From an uncultured Prevotellaceae bacterium (GTDB taxonomy: Bacteria > Bacteroidota > Bacteroidia > Bacteroidales > Bacteroidaceae), in contig CAMHQF010000007.1 of the NCBI GenBank assembly GCA_946187445.1, positions 2,581-66,580 of the forward strand: a stretch of DNA of 64,000 bases, in the 5' to 3' direction. The position numbers and the translations under genes are program-made. A model generated the notes under the pieces. The model saw nothing but the letters and a program-made list of their open reading frames with translations. It had not been told where the DNA came from and did not search any database. Below, in pieces: positions 40,033-49,813 of the stretch (position 1 is the first letter of the stretch; the number at the start of each line of letters is the position of its first letter).

Positions 40033-41448
40033 TTAGAACTGGAAGAAGTTCTTGGCGTTGTTGTAGCAGATGTCTTCTATCATCTGATATACACGCTGCT
40101 TCTCGTAGCCCTCAAATGGGATAAGTCCTGCCTCGATGTCGTTGCCCACAAGGTTACATAGTGTACGACGGAAGTACTCATGGCGTGGGTAAGAGAGGAA
40201 TGAGCGTGAGTCGGTGAGCATACCAACGAAGCGTGAGAGGAGGCCGAGCACTGAGAGGGCGTTCATCTGCTTCTCCATGCCGTCCTTCTGGTCGAGGAAC
40301 CACCAGCCTGAACCGAACTGTATCTTACCTGCTACGGAGCCGTCCTGGAAGTTGCCAAGCATGGTGGCGATAACCTCGTTGGCTGATGGGTTGAGGCAGT
40401 AGAGGATGGTCTTGGCGAGCTTGCCCTCGGAGTTGAGCTCGTCGAGGAAGTGGCTCATAGCCTTTGCGGTGGTGAACTCACCGATAGAGTCGAAGCCTGT
40501 GTCGGCACCGAGCTTGGCGAACATCTTGGAGTTGTTGTTGCGGATGGCGCCGTAGTGGTACTGCTGTGTCCAGCCTGAAGCGTAGTCCATCTTGCCCTGC
40601 TCCTTCATGTAAGCGTGCTTGTACTTGCGCTGCTCCTCAACGGTGATAGCCTCGCCAGCGAGTGCCTTCTTCATGATGGCGTCAACCTCTGCATCAGTGT
40701 ATGGCTCATCGTAGAACTCCTCGATGCCGTGGTCAGAGAGCTTACAGCCCATTGACTCGAAGAATTCGTGACGCTTCTGCAGCGCCTCAGTGAGCTCAGC
40801 GAAACCAGTAATCTGAACGCCTGAAACGTCAGAGAGTTTCTTGATGTAGTCACACCATGTAGCTGCCTCGATGTTCATACCAGCGTCAGGACGCCATGTT
40901 GGGAGCATGCGGGTCTTGGCTGTAGGGTCTTCTTTAACCACCTTGTGCCACTCGAGTGAGTCAGCAGGGTCATCGGTGGTGCACACTACCTCAACATTAT
41001 AGTGCTCCATCATGCCACGAGGACAGAAACGGTCCTCGTTCTTTATCATATCGTTACACTTGTCGTAGATTTCCTTTGCCGTCTCAGGGTTGAGGAGTTT
41101 GTCAATGCCGAAAGCGGTCTTGAGCTCGAGGTGTGTCCAGTGATACAATGGGTTACGGAAGGTGTAAGGCACTGTCTCTGCCCACTTCTCGAACTTCTCC
41201 CAGTCGGTGGTATCCTTACCTGTGCAGTAACGCTCGTCGATGCCGTTAGAACGCATAGCACGCCACTTGTAGTGGTCGCCCATGAGCCATATCTGAGCAA
41301 TAGAGTCAAATTTCTTGTTCTCAGCTACCATCTGAGGGATGAGGTGACAGTGGTAGTCGATGATAGGCATCTTAGCCGCATGGTTGTGGTAAAGATCCTT
41401 CGCGGTTTCGGTTTCCAGAAGGAAATCCTTGTCATTAAATTTCTTCAT
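40033..41448 (-). CDS. uxaC: Glucuronate/galacturonate isomerase
   Basis: PIIDYHCHL, DHYKWR.MR, CTTDDP, WWFLD and LTDSRSFLSYPRHEYFRR. Start set at 41448. Confidence 0.98.
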   Translation of the reverse strand: MKKFNDKDFLLETETAKDLYHNHAAKMPIIDYHCHLIPQMVAENKKFDSIAQIWLMGDHYKWRAMRSNGIDERYCTGKDTTDWEKFEKWAETVPYTFRNPLYHWTHLELKTAFGIDKLLNPETAKEIYDKCNDMIKNEDRFCPRGMMEHYNVEVVCTTDDPADSLEWHKVVKEDPTAKTRMLPTWRPDAGMNIEAATWCDYIKKLSDVSGVQITGFAELTEALQKRHEFFESMGCKLSDHGIEEFYDEPYTDAEVDAIMKKALAGEAITVEEQRKYKHAYMKEQGKMDYASGWTQQYHYGAIRNNNSKMFAKLGADTGFDSIGEFTTAKAMSHFLDELNSEGKLAKTILYCLNPSANEVIATMLGNFQDGSVAGKIQFGSGWWFLDQKDGMEKQMNALSVLGLLSRFVGMLTDSRSFLSYPRHEYFRRTLCNLVGNDIEAGLIPFEGYEKQRVYQMIEDICYNNAKNFFQF

Positions 41449-41506
41449 TTTTCTTGTTATTAAGTTTTGCTTTATATTTTTTCGCTTCAATAAAATGTAC
41501 GTTCTG

Positions 41507-41554
41507 CAAAAGTACAAAGAAAAGTTTAAAGTTTAAAGTTTAAAGTTTAAAGTT
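41507..41554 (-). promoter_or_regulatory. uxaC promoter: (AACTTTA)x4 + 12 nt + TACTTTTG
   Basis: Read directly on the minus strand. Confidence 0.65.
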
Positions 41555-41577
41555 GTAACCCCTTTAATATATTTTAA

Positions 41578-43890
41578 CTACTCAAAAACGTTTTCTATAT
41601 CCATAAAGTCATCTGCCTCGACAGCTCTGCCACAGCCATCGAAATCCTCTGGGAGGTCGAAGGTGGCATCGGGCTTATAGGGCAGTGCGCTGTTGGCATA
41701 CACCTTCTTGATGAAATAGGCATAGATAGGCAGTGCCATAGTGGCACCCTGACCCATCGCCATAGAGTCGAAGTGTATGTCACGATCTTCGCCACCTACC
41801 CACGTACCACTGACGAGGTCGGGGGTGACAGCCATAAACCACGCATCGGAGTTGCGGTTGGTGGTACCCGTCTTGCCACCCATCTGGGCGTTGACATTGT
41901 ACTTGAAGCGCAGACGGCTACCCGTGCCGCCATCGACAACGCCCTGCAGGAGGGTAAGCATCTTGAATGATGACTCCTCGGAGATAACCTCGTTGACACG
42001 TGGCTCGAAGTGTGCCACCACCTGTCCGTTGGCATCTTCTATCCTCGTGACAAAGAGCGGTGCACAGCGGATGCCGTGGTTGGCAAAGGCGGTATAGGCG
42101 CTTGTCATCTCACCCACGGTGATGTCGCACGGTCCGAGACAGAGTGCCATAGAGGGGTGTATGTCGGGGTTGTTGATGCCATACTCGTGGAGCAGGTTGA
42201 CAAACTGCTGAGGGTCAAGACGTGACATGAGGTAGGCTGATATCCAGTTGTTGGACTGTGCCAGACCCCACTTGAGCGTCACGCTCTCACCATAGCGCGA
42301 ACGTGAGCCATTGCGTGGTGTCCACGGTTTGCCTGCCACGATATATGTCTGCTGCACATTGGGAGCACAGTCGCAGGGTGAGAAGCCGTTCTCCATGGCA
42401 AGGGAGTATAGGAAGGGCTTTATGGTGGAACCCACCTGACGACGACCTTCCATCACCATGTCATACTGGAAGTGGGTGAAGTCGAGTCCGCCAACGTATG
42501 CCTTCACGGCACCCGTCCTGACGTCCATGGAACAGAATCCAGAACGCAGGAACGACTTGTAGTAACGTATGGAGTCGAGAGGTGTCATGACGGTGTCTAT
42601 CTCACCACTGTATGAGAAGACGGTCATATCGACCTTTTCCTTGAACGAAGCCCTGATTTCCTCCTCCGAATAACCTGCTGCCTTCATATTGCGATAGCGC
42701 TCGCTCTGCACTATGGAACGATTCATTATCTGATTGACCTCGCTGGGTGTCAGCTGGTTGGTAAACGGAGCATTAGGCTTGTGGCGGTTCTCACGGTTGA
42801 AGGCTGGTTGCAGGTATTTCGCCACGTGGGAATAGACAGCCTCCTCGGCATACTGCTGCATACGTGAGTCGATGGTGGTATATACCTTCAGGCCGTCCTT
42901 GTATATATTATAAGGTGTGCCATCCTTCTTGAGATTTTTGTTGCACCATCCGTACAGGGGGTCTTGTTCCCATGCTATGGAGTCGATGGTATATTGCACA
43001 TTCTGCCATGAGGGGTACTTGTCACGCTCTGGCTTGTTGGCCATCATATACCTTCTGAGAAACTCGCGGAAATATGTTGCCGTACCATCTTTGTGGTCAG
43101 TACGATGAAACTTCAGTTCTACAGGCTTTGCTGCTGTGGCAGTATATTCCTCATGGGATATATATCCAGCTTTTTCCATCTGCTGCAGCACTACGTTGCG
43201 ACGTTCCTTACAGCGCTCCTCATGGCGCACGGGATTGAAGTACGATGGGTTTTTACACAGTCCGATGAGAAGTGCTGACTCCTCGAGGGTGAGGTCCTGT
43301 GGTTCCTTGCTGAAATAGGTATTAGAGGCGGTCTTGATACCCACGGCGTTGTGGAGAAAGTCAAACTGGTTGAGGTACATCATGACTATCTCCTCCTTGG
43401 TGAAGTTGCGCTCCAGCTTTATGGCTATCACCCACTCTATGGGTTTCTGCAGCAGACGCTCGAAAGTGCTATGCGCTTTGTCAGAGTAAAGCTGTTTGGC
43501 AAGCTGCTGGGTGATGGTAGAGCCACCACCGGCACTGGTCTGTCCCAACAGTCCTCTCTTGACTACGGCACGGGCGAGAGCAATGAAGTCGATGCCAGAA
43601 TGCTCATAGTAGCGTACATCCTCCGTTGCCACCAGCGCCTGAACGACGTATGGCGACACCTTGTCGAAACTCACGAGGATACGGTTTGCCCTATCCTGAT
43701 TCCAAGTGCCGATGACCTTGCCGTCGGCGCTGTATATCTGCGTGGCGTACTTATCGATAGGATTCTGCAGATCCTCCATGTCAGGCATATAGCCTATCCA
43801 TCCGTTCCAGATAAAGACGAAAACGATGACCACTAAGGCAATGACTGCCGCCATCATTTTCCACAGGAAATGTACGAATTTCTTTCTCAT
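41578..43890 (-). CDS. mrcA: Penicillin-binding protein 1A (transglycosylase-transpeptidase)
   Basis: EDVRYYEHSG, GGSTITQQLAK, STIK, SNN and KTGT motifs. Confidence 0.93.
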   Translation of the reverse strand: MRKKFVHFLWKMMAAVIALVVIVFVFIWNGWIGYMPDMEDLQNPIDKYATQIYSADGKVIGTWNQDRANRILVSFDKVSPYVVQALVATEDVRYYEHSGIDFIALARAVVKRGLLGQTSAGGGSTITQQLAKQLYSDKAHSTFERLLQKPIEWVIAIKLERNFTKEEIVMMYLNQFDFLHNAVGIKTASNTYFSKEPQDLTLEESALLIGLCKNPSYFNPVRHEERCKERRNVVLQQMEKAGYISHEEYTATAAKPVELKFHRTDHKDGTATYFREFLRRYMMANKPERDKYPSWQNVQYTIDSIAWEQDPLYGWCNKNLKKDGTPYNIYKDGLKVYTTIDSRMQQYAEEAVYSHVAKYLQPAFNRENRHKPNAPFTNQLTPSEVNQIMNRSIVQSERYRNMKAAGYSEEEIRASFKEKVDMTVFSYSGEIDTVMTPLDSIRYYKSFLRSGFCSMDVRTGAVKAYVGGLDFTHFQYDMVMEGRRQVGSTIKPFLYSLAMENGFSPCDCAPNVQQTYIVAGKPWTPRNGSRSRYGESVTLKWGLAQSNNWISAYLMSRLDPQQFVNLLHEYGINNPDIHPSMALCLGPCDITVGEMTSAYTAFANHGIRCAPLFVTRIEDANGQVVAHFEPRVNEVISEESSFKMLTLLQGVVDGGTGSRLRFKYNVNAQMGGKTGTTNRNSDAWFMAVTPDLVSGTWVGGEDRDIHFDSMAMGQGATMALPIYAYFIKKVYANSALPYKPDATFDLPEDFDGCGRAVEADDFMDIENVFE

Positions 43891-44014
43891 TTTATAAAAA
43901 TTCTCTTCTGAAGTGCAAAAATACAATAAAACTTTGAGAAAAATGCCTTTTTTAGAAAAAAAAATCTTAACTTCGCACTCAATTACAGTATTTCACATCT
44001 CAGCAACCACACAA

Positions 44015-44962
44015 ATGGGAAAGCAAAATTTTGTCACTATCGCCGACTTGTCGAAGGACGACATCATGTACCTTATCTCCATGGCGGAGGAATTTGAAAA
44101 ACATCCTAACCGCGAACTACTCAAGGGTAAGGTCGTTGCCACCCTTTTCTTTGAGCCTAGTACGAGAACCCGTCTGTCATTTGAGACCGCTGCCAACCGT
44201 CTTGGTGCCCGCGTCATAGGATTCAGCGATGCCAAGGTGACCAGCACCACTAAGGGTGAGACTCTCAAAGACACACTGCTCATGGTAAGCAACTATGCAG
44301 ACATCATCGCCATGCGCCACTATATAGAGGGCGCTGCGCAGTATGCCTCGGAGATAGCACCCGTGCCCATCGTCAACGCCGGCGACGGAGCACACATGCA
44401 CCCATCACAGTGTCTGCTTGACCTCTACTCCATATACAAGACACAGGGCACGCTGGAAAACCTCAACATATACCTCGTGGGCGACCTGAAATATGGTAGG
44501 ACGGTACACTCGCTGATTACTGCCATGAGGCATTTCAACCCTACGTTTCACTTTGTGGCACCCAAGGAATTGGCAATGCCACAGGAGTACAAAATGTACT
44601 GCAAGGAGCACGATGTGAAGTTTAGTGAACATACGGCATTCAACGAAGACGTGATTGCTGATGCCGACATACTGTATATGACGCGAGTGCAGAAGGAACG
44701 CTTCTCGGACCTCATGGAGTATGAGCGCGTCAAAAATGTGTATATCCTCAACCGTGCCATGCTCGCCAAGAGCAAGCCCAACATGAAGATACTGCACCCG
44801 CTGCCCAGAGTCAACGAGATAGCATACGACGTGGATGACGACCCACACGCATACTACATACAACAGGCACAGAACGGCCTCTATGCACGTGAGGCGATAT
44901 TCTGCCGATGCCTCGGCATAACACTCGATGACATCAAGAACGACAAAACGATTATTAATTGA
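44015..44962 (+). CDS. pyrB: Aspartate carbamoyltransferase catalytic subunit
   Basis: [19 protein letters not shown] and HPLP motifs. Confidence 0.98.
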   Translation: MGKQNFVTIADLSKDDIMYLISMAEEFEKHPNRELLKGKVVATLFFEPSTRTRLSFETAANRLGARVIGFSDAKVTSTTKGETLKDTLLMVSNYADIIAMRHYIEGAAQYASEIAPVPIVNAGDGAHMHPSQCLLDLYSIYKTQGTLENLNIYLVGDLKYGRTVHSLITAMRHFNPTFHFVAPKELAMPQEYKMYCKEHDVKFSEHTAFNEDVIADADILYMTRVQKERFSDLMEYERVKNVYILNRAMLAKSKPNMKILHPLPRVNEIAYDVDDDPHAYYIQQAQNGLYAREAIFCRCLGITLDDIKNDKTIIN

Positions 44963-44981
44963 CAATTGATAATTAACCGTT

Positions 44982-45434
44982 ATGAATAAGAAAGAACGCC
45001 TCGTGGCTGCCATTGAGAACGGCACCGTCATAGACCACATACCAGCAGAGAAGACATACCAGGTGGTATCGCTGCTAAAGCTAAACGAACTCTCCGAGCC
45101 TATCACCATAGGTCAGAACTACCCCTCGTCAAAGGTGGGCAAGAAGGGATTGATAAAGGTTACTGACAGAATCTTTTCCGACGAAGAGATATCACGCCTC
45201 TCCGTGGTAGCACCCAAGGTGGTGCTGAGCATCATCAAGGACTACGAAGTGGTGGAAAAGAAAACGGTGGAAACACCTGACGAACTGCACGGCATAATAC
45301 GTTGCAACAACCCTAAGTGCATCACCAACAACGAACCCATGCTGACGTATTTCAACGTTGACAAACTGGCCGGCACGGTGCGCTGTCACTACTGCGACAA
45401 AGAACAAAACATAAAAAAAGTGGAGCTCTGCTGA
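44982..45434 (+). CDS. pyrI: Aspartate carbamoyltransferase regulatory subunit
   Basis: [17 protein letters not shown] and C.YC motifs. Confidence 0.97.
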   Translation: MNKKERLVAAIENGTVIDHIPAEKTYQVVSLLKLNELSEPITIGQNYPSSKVGKKGLIKVTDRIFSDEEISRLSVVAPKVVLSIIKDYEVVEKKTVETPDELHGIIRCNNPKCITNNEPMLTYFNVDKLAGTVRCHYCDKEQNIKKVELC

Positions 45435-45450
45435 GAGTTCCACTTTTTTT

Positions 45451-46251
45451 CTACCTCGTCGTGATGTGAAAACACCCTTGCTTTACCTCGTACTTTATGT
45501 GGCAGCGCCCAGACTCACGCATATCGCGGAGCACTTCCGAGAGCACCCATTTCAGAGTATCGTTCTGCACTTGTCTGCGCGGTTCCTTCTCTGTTTGCAC
45601 TGTCATATAGCGGTTATAGCAAATATCGAACGTAGTGCCGAAGCGATGGCATGAGTTTTCCGAGGCATTGATATTGTGCTTGCGCAGTCTTGCCACATCT
45701 TCCTCAGACCTCAAGACACTCGTCACTATTATCTTGTGCAGAGGCACCCCCTTCACGTACAACGAGTCGTAAAATGTCCTGCCTATGTCCTGCAACAGTA
45801 TGCTGGCACGTGGCACCAGATAAGGTATGCTCTCCCTCAGCCTGTCAACATGGAAATAGGGATTGGCAGCGACATAGACCAGTTCTGTCTTGCGGCGCTC
45901 AGCATCGGCACGGTCTTTTACGGGAGTCACGCCATACTTTCTCGCTGATGCGAGTTGTACCTCATTGCTATCAGGGAAGGCATCCTTGTAGCTCGGCACA
46001 GAGTTGATACGATGCCACTGGCGTGGTTTGACGATATTTTCCTGCTTGGCGACAGCCGATGGTGAAGGCTCCGCTGACAATGGCTCTTCCGAAGGCATCG
46101 TCGCCAGGGTGTCAACAACTGTTGTATCCGCCTGACTGCCAGCCGTGAGACCACCATCTGTAGCACCATAGTCATGAGCACAGCGATAGAGAGCGAGCAC
46201 TATCACGATGGCAGTAAAAATGTGTAAATATTGTGTTTTGCTAATTTTCAC
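45451..46251 (-). CDS. Membrane-anchored DUF5715-like protein (peptidase M15-like zinc motif)
   Basis: N-terminal TM segment, TSVLR, SCH.FGTTFDI and CFHIT. Start uncertain (GTG 46251). Confidence 0.65.
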   Translation of the reverse strand: MKISKTQYLHIFTAIVIVLALYRCAHDYGATDGGLTAGSQADTTVVDTLATMPSEEPLSAEPSPSAVAKQENIVKPRQWHRINSVPSYKDAFPDSNEVQLASARKYGVTPVKDRADAERRKTELVYVAANPYFHVDRLRESIPYLVPRASILLQDIGRTFYDSLYVKGVPLHKIIVTSVLRSEEDVARLRKHNINASENSCHRFGTTFDICYNRYMTVQTEKEPRRQVQNDTLKWVLSEVLRDMRESGRCHIKYEVKQGCFHITTR

Positions 46252-46256
46252 TATGC

Positions 46257-46305
46257 AAAGGTACAAATAAATAGTTGAAAGTTGAAAGTTGAATGTTGAA
46301 AAGTT
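46257..46305 (-). promoter_or_regulatory. Promoter: four heptamer-like units + 13 nt + TACCTTTG
   Basis: Minus strand AACTTTTC AACATTC AACTTTC AACTTTC aactatttatttg TACCTTTG. A divergent phoH box TACTTTTG is at 46328. Confidence 0.55.
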
Positions 46306-46364
46306 TGCTCAATTTATACTTTTTTTGTACTTTTGCACAAAATATTGAAATGCGTCAAAGATAA

Positions 46365-47300
46365 GTGATAGAGAAGCATATCGTTTTAGAAGACATAGAC
46401 CCTGTAACCTTCTATGGTGTGAACAACTCACACCTGCAGATGGTGCGCTCGCTATATCCCAAACTGCGCATCATGGCACGTGACAACGTGATACGCGTGC
46501 TGGGCGATGATGAGGTGATGTGCCAGTTTGAGGAGGATATCGAGAAAATGCGTCGCCATGTGTTGAAGTACAACGTCATCACAGAGGAGGACATACTCAA
46601 TATCACCAAGGGCGAACTTACCAAGTCCGACGTATCAAAGAACGTGGTGGTATATTCCCTCGCCGGCAAACCTATCAAGAGCCGTTCTGCCAACCAGCAG
46701 GCACTCATCGATGCCTTCAGCAACAAGGATATGGTGTTTGCCGTAGGACCAGCGGGCACGGGTAAGACATACCTCTCCATAGCTCTTGCCGTAAAAGCCC
46801 TCAAGGAGAAGACGGCAAAGAAAATCATACTGTCGAGACCTGCCGTAGAGGCAGGCGAGAAACTGGGCTTCCTGCCTGGCGACATGAAAGACAAGATCGA
46901 CCCCTATCTGCAACCCCTCTATGATGCCCTCGAGGACATGATACCACAGGTCAAACTGCAGGACATGATGGACAAGCACGTGATACAGATTGCCCCTCTC
47001 GCCTTTATGCGAGGCAGGACACTGAGCGATGCTGTGGTGATACTCGACGAGGCGCAAAACACCTCACCTGCACAGATACGTATGTTTCTCACCCGCATGG
47101 GGTGGAACACCAAGATGATCATCACAGGTGACCTCACACAGGTGGACCTGCCACATGGCGTCAAGTCAGGACTGCGTGACGCCATCGACACTCTCAAGGA
47201 CATCGACGATATCGCCATTGTGAATTTTAATGACAAAGACATCGTAAGGCACCGCCTCGTCACCAAGATTGTCAACGCTTTTAAGGAGAAGAATCCTTAA
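46365..47300 (+). CDS. phoH: PhoH-family ATPase
   Basis: GPAGTGKT, RPAVEAGEKLGFLPG, MRGRT and DEAQN motifs. Confidence 0.95.
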   Translation: MIEKHIVLEDIDPVTFYGVNNSHLQMVRSLYPKLRIMARDNVIRVLGDDEVMCQFEEDIEKMRRHVLKYNVITEEDILNITKGELTKSDVSKNVVVYSLAGKPIKSRSANQQALIDAFSNKDMVFAVGPAGTGKTYLSIALAVKALKEKTAKKIILSRPAVEAGEKLGFLPGDMKDKIDPYLQPLYDALEDMIPQVKLQDMMDKHVIQIAPLAFMRGRTLSDAVVILDEAQNTSPAQIRMFLTRMGWNTKMIITGDLTQVDLPHGVKSGLRDAIDTLKDIDDIAIVNFNDKDIVRHRLVTKIVNAFKEKNP

Positions 47301-47337
47301 TGTACCCTAAAGACCCTAAAACAAAAAATATAGAACA

Positions 47338-48288
47338 ATGAACAACGCTTTAACATCTACAGAGTTTAAGTTTGCTGGACAGACAGCAGTGTATCACGGA
47401 AAAGTGCGTGACGTTTATACCATCAACGATGATATCATGGTGATGGTGGCAACAGACCGCATCAGCGCTTTTGACGTTATCCTTCCCAAGGGAATACCTT
47501 TCAAGGGACAGGTGCTGAACCAGATTGCAGCAAAGTTCCTTGACGCTACGAAGGACATCTGCCCTAACTGGAAACTTGCCACACCAGACCCACAGGTTAC
47601 CGTAGGACTGAAGTGCGAGGGTTTTCGCGTGGAGATGATCATCCGTGGCATACTCACCGGCTCGGCATGGCGTGACTACCAGAAGGGCGTGCGTGAGATA
47701 TGTGGCGTGAAACTGCCAGAGGGAATGCGTGAGAACGAGCGTTTCCCAGAACCTATCATCACCCCAACGACAAAGGCTGACGAGGGTCACGACCTCAACA
47801 TCTCCAAGGAGGAAATCATTGCCCAGGGCATAGTGTCAAAAGAAGATTACGAGGTGATGGAAGACTACACCCGCAAACTCTTCGCACGCGGTCAGGAGAT
47901 AGCTGCCAAGCAGGGACTGATTCTGGTTGACACCAAGTATGAGTTCGGCAAGCGTGACGGCAAGGTGTATCTCATCGACGAGATTCACACACCCGACTCT
48001 TCACGCTATTTCTACGCCGACGGCTACGAAGAGAAATTTGCCAAGGGTGAGCCTCAGAAGCAACTCTCAAAGGAGTTTGTGCGCCAGTGGCTCATTGAGC
48101 ACAACTTCATGAACGAACCTGGACAGCAGATGCCAGAGATTACTGATGAGTATGCAGAGTCTGTGGCAGAGCGCTACATCGAACTCTACGAGCACATCAC
48201 AGGCGAGAAGTTCGACCGCACCACCGACCAGAGCGACATCGCTGCTCGTATCGAGAAGAACGTCAGCGAGTGGTTGAAGAAAGCATAA
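47338..48288 (+). CDS. purC: SAICAR synthetase
   Basis: [22 protein letters not shown] and [10 protein letters not shown] motifs. Confidence 0.97.
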   Translation: MNNALTSTEFKFAGQTAVYHGKVRDVYTINDDIMVMVATDRISAFDVILPKGIPFKGQVLNQIAAKFLDATKDICPNWKLATPDPQVTVGLKCEGFRVEMIIRGILTGSAWRDYQKGVREICGVKLPEGMRENERFPEPIITPTTKADEGHDLNISKEEIIAQGIVSKEDYEVMEDYTRKLFARGQEIAAKQGLILVDTKYEFGKRDGKVYLIDEIHTPDSSRYFYADGYEEKFAKGEPQKQLSKEFVRQWLIEHNFMNEPGQQMPEITDEYAESVAERYIELYEHITGEKFDRTTDQSDIAARIEKNVSEWLKKA

Positions 48289-48294
48289 GATTTA

Positions 48295-48327
48295 GTTAAG
48301 GTTAAGGTTAAGGTTAAGGTTAAGGTT
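48295..48327. repeat. (GTTAAG)x5 hexamer tandem repeat
   Basis: Perfect repeat directly before the TTG start. Confidence 0.85.
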
Positions 48328-49058
48328 TGAAGGTTGAAAGCGTAAAGCCCTATTCTGAGGAAGGCGAGAAGCGTGAGCAGGTAGAAGCTATGTTCGACAA
48401 CATCGCTCCTACCTACGACACTCTCAACCACCGTCTCTCATGGAACATCGATCGCTACTGGCGAGGCAGGGCTATAAAGGCACTGGCTGCTCACAGACCT
48501 CAAAGCATACTCGACGTGGCGACAGGTACGGGCGACTTTGCTATAATGCAAGCACTCCGCCTGAGACCACAGAGCATCAAGGCTGTGGATATATCCAATG
48601 GCATGATGGCGATAGGACGTGACAAGGTGCAACAACGAGGATTGCAGAATATCATAACCTTTGAGGATGAAGACTGCACTGCCCTCTCCTACCCCTCACA
48701 CTCTTTCGACGCCGTGACATCGGCATTTGGCATACGCAACTTCCAAAACCTCGAACAGGGACTGGGCGAGATGTGTCGCGTGCTGAAACCCAATGGTATG
48801 CTCTGCATACTCGAGCTCACCACTCCCATCAGCACACCCATGAAGCAGCTCTTTGGCATATACAGTCATACAGTGTTGCCCATCTATGGTCGCCTCATAA
48901 GCAAGGATGCACAGGCATACGACTATCTCAATAAGTCCATCGCTGCCTTCCCTCAAGGCGAGACGATGATAGAGATACTGCACCGCGTAGGCTTCCGCAG
49001 AGCATCGTTTCAAAGGCTCACCTTTGGTATCTGCACCATGTACGTTGCATATAAATAG
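48327..49058 (+). CDS. ubiE: Demethylmenaquinone methyltransferase (UbiE/MenG)
   Basis: MFDNIA..YD..N, LDVATGTGD, FGIRN and RVLKP.G motifs. Confidence 0.94.
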   Translation: MKVESVKPYSEEGEKREQVEAMFDNIAPTYDTLNHRLSWNIDRYWRGRAIKALAAHRPQSILDVATGTGDFAIMQALRLRPQSIKAVDISNGMMAIGRDKVQQRGLQNIITFEDEDCTALSYPSHSFDAVTSAFGIRNFQNLEQGLGEMCRVLKPNGMLCILELTTPISTPMKQLFGIYSHTVLPIYGRLISKDAQAYDYLNKSIAAFPQGETMIEILHRVGFRRASFQRLTFGICTMYVAYK

Positions 49059-49066
49059 AGTTTACA

Positions 49067-49813
49067 ATGAAAAAATTTGGTATCATAGGCTATCCTCTCG
49101 GACACTCGTTCTCACCAGGATACTTCAACGAGAAGTTTCAAAATGAGAAAATCGACGCCGTGTATGAGAAGTACGAACTGCCCGTCATCACCGACCTACA
49201 GGCTGTACTCGACTACACACCCGAACTGTGTGGTTTCAACGTCACCATCCCCTATAAGGAGAAGGTCATGTCATACCTCGACTACATATCGCCTGAAGCA
49301 CGTGCCATAGGAGCCGTCAATGTCGTCAAGGTCACACACAGGGATAATGGCACACCACACCTCGAAGGTTTCAATAGCGACATCATAGGTTTTACACGTA
49401 GTATACAGCCACTGCTCAATCCTCTCTTTCACAAGAAAGCACTCGTACTCGGCACAGGAGGCGCAAGCAAGGCCGTCAACTACGGACTGCGCCAGTTGGG
49501 TCTCGACACGCTCCTCGTAAGTCGTTTCCACAAGAACGACACCATCACCTACGAACAGATTACACCACAGTTGCTTGAGGAGTACACCGTCATCGTCAAC
49601 TGCACACCAAAGGGCATGGCACCACATTTCGATGAGTGTCCTAACATACCCTATGAGGCACTCACCACGCACCACCTGCTCTTCGACCTCATATACAACC
49701 CCGACGAAACCCTCTTCCTAAAGAAGGGAAAGCAACAGGGCGCCATAACAAAGAACGGACTTGAAATGCTCCTCCTGCAAGCTGAGGCAGGATGGGAGAT
49801 TTGGAATAAATGA
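49067..49813 (+). CDS. aroE: Shikimate dehydrogenase
   Basis: HSFSP, NVTIPYK, GAVN, GTGGA, DLIYNP and GLEML..QA motifs. Confidence 0.95.
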   Translation: MKKFGIIGYPLGHSFSPGYFNEKFQNEKIDAVYEKYELPVITDLQAVLDYTPELCGFNVTIPYKEKVMSYLDYISPEARAIGAVNVVKVTHRDNGTPHLEGFNSDIIGFTRSIQPLLNPLFHKKALVLGTGGASKAVNYGLRQLGLDTLLVSRFHKNDTITYEQITPQLLEEYTVIVNCTPKGMAPHFDECPNIPYEALTTHHLLFDLIYNPDETLFLKKGKQQGAITKNGLEMLLLQAEAGWEIWNK